Positions 29,241-37,500 of a stretch of 64,000 nucleotides of DNA are shown piece by piece; the stretch's first letter is position 1; each line of letters opens with the position of its first letter. The position numbers were made by a program, and so were the translations under genes. Source of the stretch: an uncultured delta proteobacterium (GTDB lineage Bacteria; Desulfobacterota; WTBG01; CAIYCZ01; CAIRTM01); contig CAWDSQ010000020.1 of the NCBI GenBank assembly GCA_963804955.1, positions 41,349-105,348 on the forward strand, read 5' to 3'. The notes under the pieces are model-generated. The model worked only from the letters and a program-made list of their open reading frames with translations. It ran no database searches and was not told the origin of the DNA.

Positions 29241-30706
29241 TGCTGTCCTCCTTTTCGTTTAAATAACTGCCTGTCCACTGGCCGGGATTGAGAATGCCAT
29301 GAGGGTCAACAACTCCTTTGACAGCCTCAAACAGGCTCTTGAAGCCGGGGGACCAGCACGAAGCGTTCAGGTCTGACATAAATCCCTGATTGTAGACATC
29401 AATTGATCCAAGGCTGTGGGCGTATTTCTGAAAATCAGCCATTAACGTGCGGGCAAAGGCGATGGCAGCCGGATTGTCAACATCGGCAAAGAAAACGTCG
29501 ATTTCACCGACGATGGTGCTTGGGTCAGAAGCGGTGAAAAACTCCCAGGTTGTGCGCACGCGAAGGCCCAGTTTTTCTGCTTCTTTCAGCCTTTCATTGC
29601 GCCAGGCGATCAGCTTGTTATATACTTCCGCAAAGCCCTGCCGCGGCAGGTTGAAGGGCAGCCATGCCGGAACGCCGAAGCTGTTGAAAATGGCCATCCA
29701 GTCCATTTCGCTGTCCTCGCCCGTCGGCGTTCCCATGGCTTCAGCCATGGCGTCGAGCATGAAGTTGCGCTGCGCCCCGCACTGATCGGCAAGGCTGTTG
29801 ATGGTGGCAAGCCGTGCTTCAACCTCGGCCTCCTCGTGGCCCTGTATCATAGCCTGCACGGTAAAGGGCGCTACCTCGTCGGTATCACCCATAAAATTTT
29901 TCATTGCCCCGGCGCCGAAAACAAGCACCGGGATCAAAGCGAAGCACAGGGCGGCGTTCAACGTGGAGCCGCACGAGCTCAAGCGCAGGCTCGATTGCAT
30001 CAAAAGCGAAAATGCCAGCCCGCAGCTTGGCCGGGTGCTTCGTCATGCGGATGGTTGCCTGGGTTTTGATGCCGAAGGAGCCGCCATCGCCGATGAACAT
30101 TCCGGCAAAATCCGGTCCGCCCAGATTACGGTTGTAGGCAAGGGTCTGGTGCACATTGGTGCCGGGCCCGCCGCCGGTTTGCACAATGGTGCCATCGGCA
30201 AGCACCACGGTGATGCTCACGATATCGGTCCAGAGACCCGCTGCGCCTGCAACGCCTGATATCCATCCGCCAAGTGATACCATATGCAAAGGCGCAAAAG
30301 GCGACCACATATAAAAACCATTCTTTTTGCAGGCATGCACCATTTTGCCTAAGATAATGCCTGCTTCGGCCGTGACGGTCATGCTCTGTGCATTAACATC
30401 GAGAACCCGGTCCATGCGCGTCATGTCCAGCAGCACGGTACGGTCCGGGTCGCCCTTGGGCTGGCCGTAAATAGTAGCCCCGCCGCCGCGGGTCACGATG
30501 GGCACGCGGTGCCGATTGCACAGGGCTGCAATGCGCGACACCTCAGCGGTTGAGCCCGGCCGCACAACCAGCGCGGATTCTGTTCCGCCGAAAAGGCTTG
30601 CATCGCGGGTATAGGTGAATCGCGTCACCGGGTCGTCGGTCACGTACTGCTCGCCGACGATTTCATTCAATTGTTTTTTGAACTCACCAGATAAGGCTTC
30701 CGTCAT
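29233..30706 (-). CDS. FAD-binding PCMH-type oxidoreductase (GlcD-like), copy 1; one frame break near 29950
   Basis: ORFs 29885..30739 and 29233..30003. The likely start is MTEALSGEF (ATG 30706, RBS AAAGGA). The FAD domain reads ALVVRPGSTAEVSRIAALCNRHRVPIVTRGGGATIYG. Its end overlaps the Fe-S gene start by 8 nt. Confidence 0.85.
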
Positions 30707-30725
30707 GACGTCTGTCCTTTCACGG

Positions 30726-31351
30726 TTATTTGATAACAAATTTGTCGATTAAAGCTTTGATGCCAAGGCGCACATCCTCTTCGGTATAGCCCATGACGCG
30801 CCTGCCATGGCTTTCAAGTATCAGGCCCTGGTACAGCATCTGGCTTGAACCGCCGATGATCTGCCGTATGACCTGAGGCTTAAGCGCTGACTCGATAAGA
30901 CCCTGTCGCTGCCCGTCGGCAATAAGGTCGTCGAGGGTCAGCTGCAGCTGGCCGGGCGCCTCCAATAATCAGCGCATATTTTTTTTGCAGATTTTCATCC
31001 TTCATCTTTCTCAGTATCGGGCAGAACTTCTTTGAGGATATGCCCCCAGTAGAGATTCTTGTTGCTTTGTGACATAAGCTCCATGAGGGCTGCAAATACG
31101 GCATGGAGCCGCTCAACCGGTGTTGAGCACCGGGCGAGCTTTTGATTGATCAGATCATTGACGCTTTCAATAAAGAAAAGAATGACATCCAGCAGTATGT
31201 CGAGCTTGTTTTCAAAACAGACATGCACAAGGCCTTTCGAGACGCCTGCCTCTTTCGCGATTTCGGCGATGGTGGTGTACTGGTAGCCTTTACAGGCGAA
31301 AATTTTCATCGCCGCGTTGAGGATTCGCGTCTTTTTATCCTGTTCGGTCAA
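30726..31351 (-). CDS. TetR-family regulator; frame break(s) near 30970-30995
   Basis: The N-terminal HTH is KKTRILNAAMKIFACKGYQYTTIAEIAKEAGVSKGLVHVCF (ORF 30995..31351). The C-terminal ligand-domain text continues in ORF 30726..30965. Confidence 0.8.
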
Positions 31352-31369
31352 TCGATATACTCCTCTGCC

Positions 31370-32644
31370 TTACAGCATATCGCTCAGGCTTGTTTTGGTG
31401 CGGCTGTTTATTTTTTCATGCAGTTCAGGCCGCTCAGACCGGATCAGCTGCTCATGTTTAAGAATAGCATTCCACATGAGCCGCGGAGATTTGTACTGGT
31501 TGTAGGTGCCTTCAAGAATCTCATCTTCTATGAGTCCGAACAGATAGTCAAGCTCTTCATCGGTGTAGGTGGGCACCAGGGCGAATCCCTGCGCAACCTG
31601 CAGGTAGTCATCTCCATTAAACTCGAAGGACTTCTGCCACCATGCAGTGTACTGGCTAAATCCGCCCCGTCCCTCAAGCTCATCGGCAACAGCGCCTGCT
31701 GCACGAAAGCCGCAGGCAAGGGCGCCCTGCATCTCGACTTCGACATAGGCTGCTGCATCGCCGATCACGAGAACATTGCCTGCATGCGGCACTTTCAGGG
31801 ATGAGTAGGCCCGTGCAGCGCAGCCGGTTTTTTTTATAACCCGTGCATTCCGAAGCGACGGGGAAAGAGCGCCTTTATGTGCGATATCCTGAAACATTTT
31901 TTCCGGCGGGCTGTTTTTGTTGCCGATAACGACCAGGCAGGCGGTGTCGGCATCATCAAGGGCCGTGTTGAGCGTAAGCGGTGCAAGACCGCAGTAGGTA
32001 CGACCGAAATACGTCTTCAGGGCGCTGGGTTCAAAACCGGCAACGCCTTTCAGAAAATAGATGACGCACAGAGCAGAAGCAAAGCATTGGCGATTGCTGT
32101 TTATTCCCATGCGCTCAGCAATCCGGGAATTGACGCCGTCGGCAATAATAAGCTTGCGGGCATTGATCACGTTTTGTTCCCCTGCGCTGGTTATGAAAAG
32201 CGCAACCATATCACCGCGGTCAACAGCGCCGGTTACATGCGTGCCGGACCGCAATTCAGCACCCGAAGCAGCAGCTGCATCCCACAGGTTCCGGAGCATG
32301 AGTCCCTTGTCGATTTTGATTACAATGGGGCTTTTGTCCGGATAGGCAAAATGAATGGTCCTGCCGGCAGGGGAGATGAAATACTTATCGGTGACATCGA
32401 CAGTCGGGCCTCCGTAGTCGACACAGAAGCCGTTGTTGAGTGATACAATTTTGCCAGCTTTAAGTCGGACCGTGTCGCCCTGAAAGTCTTTGTCCATAAT
32501 GAGCTGTTCGCAGCAGGCACGGGTGATGAGCGATACATCCTGTCGCTTTTCAAGCAACACTGTTTTCAATCCCAGTTCAGCGGCGGTTTTTGCCGCCATC
32601 AGCCCCGCAGGGCCCGCTCCGATTATTGCAATGTCATACACCAT
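31370..32644 (-). CDS. FAD-dependent oxidoreductase, geranylgeranyl-reductase (BchP/ChlP/FixC-like) family, copy 1
   Basis: The start is MVYDIAIIGAGPAGLMAAKTAAELGLKTVLLEK (ATG 32644 after AAGGAG). A GDAA motif (VLVIGDAAAYVEVE) is present. The distinctive ~100-aa C-terminal extension is shared with the paralogue at 42416..43736. Confidence 0.85.
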   Translation of the reverse strand: MVYDIAIIGAGPAGLMAAKTAAELGLKTVLLEKRQDVSLITRACCEQLIMDKDFQGDTVRLKAGKIVSLNNGFCVDYGGPTVDVTDKYFISPAGRTIHFAYPDKSPIVIKIDKGLMLRNLWDAAAASGAELRSGTHVTGAVDRGDMVALFITSAGEQNVINARKLIIADGVNSRIAERMGINSNRQCFASALCVIYFLKGVAGFEPSALKTYFGRTYCGLAPLTLNTALDDADTACLVVIGNKNSPPEKMFQDIAHKGALSPSLRNARVIKKTGCAARAYSSLKVPHAGNVLVIGDAAAYVEVEMQGALACGFRAAGAVADELEGRGGFSQYTAWWQKSFEFNGDDYLQVAQGFALVPTYTDEELDYLFGLIEDEILEGTYNQYKSPRLMWNAILKHEQLIRSERPELHEKINSRTKTSLSDML

Positions 32645-32666
32645 GGCAGTCTCCTTATTGAATATG

Positions 32667-32915
32667 TCATGCACCTGATGGAAGCAGAGGGAATTTATAC
32701 ATACCGAACAGAAAGGCTATATGGTCGATGAACCAGGCGACCTGAGTTACCGTAATAATGCTGTGATAGGCTGCTATACGGCGGGCTCTGCGCAGCAGGA
32801 GGGCTGCAGGAAACAGCAGCCACACGACAAAGCCGATCACGATGGCAAAAACAATCACGCTGTTTGTTCCCGGCAGGTTCATCTTTAGGGCCGTGACTCC
32901 CATCATCGGCAGCAT
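32667..32915 (-). CDS. Small hydrophobic protein (two predicted TM helices), hypothetical
   Basis: 82-aa ORF with VIVFAIVIGFVVWLLFPAALLL and VAWFIDHIAFLFG. It ends 20 nt upstream of the flavoprotein gene. It has no homology signal I can name. Confidence 0.35.
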   Translation of the reverse strand: MLPMMGVTALKMNLPGTNSVIVFAIVIGFVVWLLFPAALLLRRARRIAAYHSIITVTQVAWFIDHIAFLFGMYKFPLLPSGA

Positions 32916-33092
32916 GCTCTACCAGGAAATCAAGCAGCACTGCCCAACTCATTATTAGCACAGAAAAATGGCTGCCATTGTCGCGATACGACCAAGCCGC
33001 TCCGTGATAAAGAAGCAATAGGCAACCGTGTACAGTGTTTCACTGAGCGTCATTTTAGGTTTCCCTTCTACTAGTGCACAATAAAATTGAAT

Positions 33093-33108
33093 TTGGCTTC
33101 AAAGCCAA
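33093..33108. promoter_or_regulatory. Palindrome TTGGCTT-CA-AAGCCAA, candidate TetR-type operator of the leftward operon
   Basis: A perfect 6-7-bp inverted repeat lies in the 296-bp AT-rich divergent intergenic region, about 40 nt upstream of the first leftward ORF. Confidence 0.35.
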
Positions 33109-33200
33109 TATGTATTCTGCTACGTACACGATTTCTTTTCTGCTGTCAAGTTTGCAGGAGATTTCGCACGTTGATATTTACAGAAGTTGAAAATTTCCGA

Positions 33201-33248
33201 TTGACAAGACAAATTCAATAGTCTAATTAATAGTTGTAAGTTCAACTA
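33201..33248 (+). promoter_or_regulatory. Candidate marR promoter (TTGACA-17-TAATTA) abutting the palindrome TAGTTG-N6-CAACTA
   Basis: TTGACA at 33201-06 and TAATTA at 33224-29. The inverted repeat TAGTTGTAAGTTCAACTA is at 33231-48. The same TAGTTG-N6-CAACT motif recurs at 33817. Confidence 0.4.
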
Positions 33249-33349
33249 ATTTTGATTTTTATATTGGACTTTGTCTGATGGCTTACATTTCTGTTATTTT
33301 CTAGAATACCAATAATAACTACAAAAGAATTAGCCTGGCTATCTGATCC

Positions 33350-33850
33350 ATGGACTATACAGCAGAATTTAATCCCAATGATTCATTATCTTATCTCCTG
33401 GACAAGACAGCAAGAGCCCAGTTCTGCCGCTTGCAGAATGTTTTTACAAAAGCCAATTACGATATAACGGTTGAACAGTGGATGATTCTGCTGCTGCTTT
33501 GGAAAGAAAACGGCCAGTTTCAGCAGCAGCTTGCTGATGGTATGTGTAAAGATAAAACAACATTGACGCGGCAAATAGACGGACTTGAGAAGCGCAACAT
33601 TATTGTGCGTGTACCTGACAAAATAGATCGAAGACAAAAACGTATTTATCTAACCACGAAAGGTAAAGATTTGGAACAGGAACTGATACCGCTGGGCATT
33701 GCAAACGGACTATGCGCAATAAAAGATATTCCCCCTGAGCATATTCAGATTTGCAAGGATGTACTGCGTAAAGTTTATGAAAATCTTATAAACAGGTTAA
33801 TATTATATTGCATAATTAGTTGCATAGCCAACTGTGTGCGGCGCAACTAA
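33350..33850 (+). CDS. MarR-family transcriptional regulator
   Basis: 166 aa with a winged-helix core ITVEQWMILLLLWKENGQFQQQLADGMCKDKTTLTRQIDGLEKRNIIVRVPDKIDRRQKRIYLTTKG. Confidence 0.88.
   Translation: MDYTAEFNPNDSLSYLLDKTARAQFCRLQNVFTKANYDITVEQWMILLLLWKENGQFQQQLADGMCKDKTTLTRQIDGLEKRNIIVRVPDKIDRRQKRIYLTTKGKDLEQELIPLGIANGLCAIKDIPPEHIQICKDVLRKVYENLINRLILYCIISCIANCVRRN
33817..33834 (+). promoter_or_regulatory. Second copy of the TAGTTG-N6-CAACT palindrome, 32 nt upstream of the SDR-2 start
   Basis: TAGTTGCATAGCCAACTG lies within the last codons of marR. A further CAACTAA half-site is at 33844-50. Confidence 0.35.
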
Positions 33851-33865
33851 TATAAGGAGATACAA

Positions 33866-34671
33866 ATGGAACAAAGCGCAAAAAGATTTATAAATAAGCA
33901 TATTATTATTACAGGTGCGGCAGCCGGCATCGGCAAAGGTGTTGCTCACCGATTTGCTGACGAAGGGGGCAGGGTGGTTATTGCCGACAGGAACCGGGAA
34001 TGCGGTGAGGCAGTTGCGAAACAAATTACTGAATCCGGTGGAACCGCTGTCTATATTCCTGTTGATGTGGCTGATCCGGATTCAATAAATGAACTCATAA
34101 AAAAAGCAGCTGACGTTTTTGGGCCGATAGATGTCGCTGTGTCAAACGCGGGTATCAGCGAAACGCAGTCTTCAGCCCTTGATATTACCGTTGAGGAGTG
34201 GGACCGCGTGTATGACATAAATACCAGGGGGTCATTTTTTTTCTGCAAAGCATGCGCTCAGAATATGATGGATAATGATATCAAGGGATCAATCGTGACC
34301 CTGGGATCAATTGTAGCGCGCAGCGCGAAAGGCATGTCGGGGGCGTACGCTTCTTCAAAAGCTGCAATCATCATGTTTACTAAAACACTTGCAAAATGCC
34401 TTGCGCCCATGGGCATACGGGTAAATTGTGTTGCGCCGGGGATTGTTGCAACCGAAATATATAACGGTGTCGAAAAAGAGATGATGATGGAAAAAGATTC
34501 TTTTGCCGACTGGCTGGTAGAGCAGTCGATTGCAAGCGGCCAGCTGCTTATACCCCGTTGCGGTACGGCAGGTGATATCGCCTGGCCATTGCCTTTCTGG
34601 CATCCGATGATGCAGCCTATATTACCGCTCAAAACTTAAGCGTTGATGGCGGCATAGACTGGTGTTGGTAA
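33866..34671 (+). CDS. Short-chain dehydrogenase/reductase (SDR), copy 2; one frame break near 34585
   Basis: Motifs ITGAAAGIGKG, NAG and GAYASSKAAI. After ..GDIA the text continues in another frame as AIAFLASDDAAYITAQNLSVDGGIDWCW* (stop 34669-71), matching the C-terminus of SDR-1. Confidence 0.88.
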
Positions 34672-34702
34672 TACTGTCACGTAATTTATTACGGAGAGTA
34701 TC

Positions 34703-35182
34703 ATGACGAAAGCTTTTGGAAAAGAGATCCCCTGGGAAAAACAGCGGGATATGCTGATTGAAATGACCGCGCTGAAATTACCGATGCTTTTTCAATCTCT
34801 TGTTTCCGCGTACGGAGCAGATGAAGGAAAAAGGATATATGAAAAAATCTATGAGGAAGGTTTCAAGCAACGCTCAAGCCGCTTCAAGGATAAAGATATT
34901 GGCGATATCCTGATGGCCGAAATAGACATGTTCCCGGCAATGGGCTGGAAGCTGTGGGTTGAAAAGGTGGAAGAAAAGGGATCTGTTGCCTGGTATGAGC
35001 ATCTGGAAAAATGCCCGCATCTTGAGGCGACGAGAAAGTATAAATTGCCTGACCCCTGTTCTCTTATCTGCGACATGGATTGCACCTTAGGCGAGAAATA
35101 TAAAGTCGCACACTGGGAAAGGATGAAACACATGCCGGCAGGTGACAGCGAATGCTGCTTCAGGATTACCCGGTGCCCATAA
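34703..35182 (+). CDS. Small Cys-rich protein resembling the L-2-amino-thiazoline-4-carboxylic acid hydrolase (ATC-hydrolase-like) family
   Basis: 159 aa. The C-terminal pattern is CPHLEATRKYKLPDPCSLICDMDCTLGEKY..GDSECCFRITR. This matches the C..e....pe.c..fC..D......G...CxFr signature as I remember it for that family. Confidence 0.5.
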   Translation: MTKAFGKEIPWEKQRDMLIEMTALKLPMLFQSLVSAYGADEGKRIYEKIYEEGFKQRSSRFKDKDIGDILMAEIDMFPAMGWKLWVEKVEEKGSVAWYEHLEKCPHLEATRKYKLPDPCSLICDMDCTLGEKYKVAHWERMKHMPAGDSECCFRITRCP

Positions 35183-35249
35183 AATGTGTTTGCAGTTGCT
35201 GCTCATTGCTAGAGCAATCTGAATTAATAAATTTATATATCAGGAGGCG

Positions 35250-36239
35250 ATGTTACACATGACTAATGAAAATGCAGCATCAATTTTTAAGGTGGATGAA
35301 GATCTTTGCATTGGCTGCGGGATTTGTATTGATGCCTGTCCCATGAAGATTCTGGAGATTCAGGACGGGCTGTGCATTATGACGGACCCGGAAAAATGCC
35401 TTGAGTGCGGAACCTGCGAGCGTGCATGTCCTGAAAAAGCCATTACCATTAAAGTTGGCGCCGGCGCCAAAGCGAAAGCAACGTTAAAAACGGGCACAGC
35501 GGGAGCCACGGAAAGCGCGCGGGCCAAGTTCTACCCCATCCTTGATAAACTGACGGAAATGATACAGGTGGTCAGCCCGAAGCAGATATTCACCTTCGAG
35601 GGGCAGGATATCACGAGCCTCAATAATTTCGAAATCGATAACGAGCCCTCCTATTACCGGGCCTATACGGCGGACAAAATCGATAAGCTGGGCATATCAA
35701 GCTCGCTTTTCTTCGGGATTATGACCGCGGATGTGATGGTCCTGACGCCGTCCAAAGAATATGATATCCCCTATTTTGTAATGGACTGGGATGAGTCAGA
35801 AGAGCATATATTCTTTATCTGCGATCTTATGCCCGGCGATGATCCGGGAAGGAATAACGACTATCTGAACAAATATCTGTATGAGCCACTCGAAGAACTG
35901 TACATGAACTACACCATGTCCATACCCGGTCTGAAAAACAGCGTGTTCCACTGGGTGCGGTCCATCCATTCCCCCTATATCATCACCGGCTCCATAGAAA
36001 AAACCAAAGAGAACATTGAAATGCTTGCCAACTGCGCCTGTGATTACCTGAAGGCCTGGATCGAAATATGGAAAAAGGCAGAGCCGCAGGACCCCAATTC
36101 TCCGTACATGAAACTCGTGCATGAGCGGAGAAAAAACATCCGGGCAATATACAAAGAAAACGACCCCGGCGCCGGATCGCTGAACAAATACCTGGGCAAG
36201 GAGCTGGGGGCGACGGCCATTTCCATCATCGAGCCCTGA
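35250..36239 (+). CDS. Fusion of a 2x[4Fe-4S] ferredoxin domain with a ferredoxin-dependent-bilin-reductase (FDBR)-like domain
   Basis: 329 aa. The N-terminus carries CIGCGICIDACP and CLECGTCERACP. The remainder aligns by eye with PcyA/PebA-type FDBRs through YRAYTADKIDKLGISS..ADVMVLTPSKEYDIPYFVMDWD..IFFICDLMP and the C-terminal IYKENDPGAGSLNKYLGKELG. ATG 35259 is an alternative start. Confidence 0.6.
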   Translation: MLHMTNENAASIFKVDEDLCIGCGICIDACPMKILEIQDGLCIMTDPEKCLECGTCERACPEKAITIKVGAGAKAKATLKTGTAGATESARAKFYPILDKLTEMIQVVSPKQIFTFEGQDITSLNNFEIDNEPSYYRAYTADKIDKLGISSSLFFGIMTADVMVLTPSKEYDIPYFVMDWDESEEHIFFICDLMPGDDPGRNNDYLNKYLYEPLEELYMNYTMSIPGLKNSVFHWVRSIHSPYIITGSIEKTKENIEMLANCACDYLKAWIEIWKKAEPQDPNSPYMKLVHERRKNIRAIYKENDPGAGSLNKYLGKELGATAISIIEP

Positions 36240-36309
36240 TGTGGGCGCAACCGGGTTGTGCAGCATCATGATCAATGAAGGTTAAACAATTTAGATAAGG
36301 AGAACAGCC

Positions 36310-37022
36310 ATGGCAGAAATACTACAGTTTGCAGCAGAGGCAAAAAAAAGTCTTGAAGCGCTGCTGCCCCTGCAGCCCGTTGCTCTTGATCCACAGCTGC
36401 AGCATATAAAAACCGAGGGTGGCTCTGTCGATATCGAGCTTTTCAAGGCCGACAAGTTTGAAAAAATTGTTCTGTGCACGATAAACATCTTCGAAACCGA
36501 AGTGGTTGAGGCCACCGTTATGGCATGGCCCGATGAAAAGCACAATTTCCCCATTCTCTGGGGCAATCTGACCATAGTCCCCTATGTCATGAACGTTCCT
36601 ATCTTTGATTTCGTTCCCCTGATGGACCCGGTTCTCTATCAGGACTATGCAGATACCTACATTGAAGGAGTCAACGAGCTGAAAGCAGACGCCCTTGAGC
36701 GTGCTCGGGGATACGGTCACTCAATAAAGACGTAGTGCTGCCGTCAAAAACCATCTATACCCTGTCGCCGTACAGCCTTATTGCAAATATTAAGGAAGAG
36801 GGAATTCCTCTCGTCCCGCAGATCACGGATGCCTATATTAAGGCGTATATAAAGCTCTGGCAAAAGGCCGGGCCCGTGGAAAAGGCCGCTGATCTTGAGC
36901 ATTACGCAAAAAAGCGGGCTGCAACACGCACTCTTATGAAGGGCAATGACCCCGGCTACCCATTTATGATCGATGCTTTCGGGGAGGAAAAAACGCATAA
37001 GGTTTTTGATATTATTTTTTAG
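36310..37022 (+). CDS. FDBR-like protein (stand-alone paralogue); one frame break between 36699 and 36733
   Basis: ORFs 36310..36735 and 36735..37022. Matching blocks are LPLQPVALDPQL..GGSVDIELFKADKFEKIVLCT..ATVMAWPDEKHNFPILWGN..PIFDFVPLMD and the C-terminal KGNDPGYPFMIDAFGEEKTHKVFDIIF (compare PcyA QKNDKTRRVLEKAFGEAW..VLFD). Confidence 0.6.
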
Positions 37023-37500
37023 TTTACGGCAGCCGGTGTGCGGCAGAACACTGAAAAATTTATTGCTGCACATGGACGTTTTGACCCTTTAAAAATGCAA
37101 TTTAAACAGTTCTGTAAGGTGCAGGTAAAAAGCGATGCTGCTAGTGAGAACAGCGTGCGTACGATGAACAGGTTTAAGTGTGTTTTAATCGACACAGGGG
37201 TACTTACTCTGTATCTGCTTATAAATTTATTGCCGCTCAGAGTCCGTGATTATATTCTGGACAGAATGTTTCCACCTATCCGGGATACTCGGCACTCAGC
37301 GTATTCAAAAGGTAAGGAGCACCGTGCATAAATCATGAAAAAATTTTACCTGAAAAAAGTGTGTTGAATGACTAAATAGTTACTGTTTCAAGCGACCTTT
37401 TTTAAAAAGGTATGCTTAGAAAAGGAGGGTGTGATTGTCTTTTCAATCGTAAAAAGTTGTATGGACACAAAATAATTTTTTCTAAAGGAGTACGGGACTT

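Noticed and set aside
37038-37331. 97-aa ORF downstream of the FDBR-like pair.
   Set aside because: It has no RBS or recognisable motif and an odd composition. It lies in the promoter/leader region of the TSP3/FG-GAP gene.
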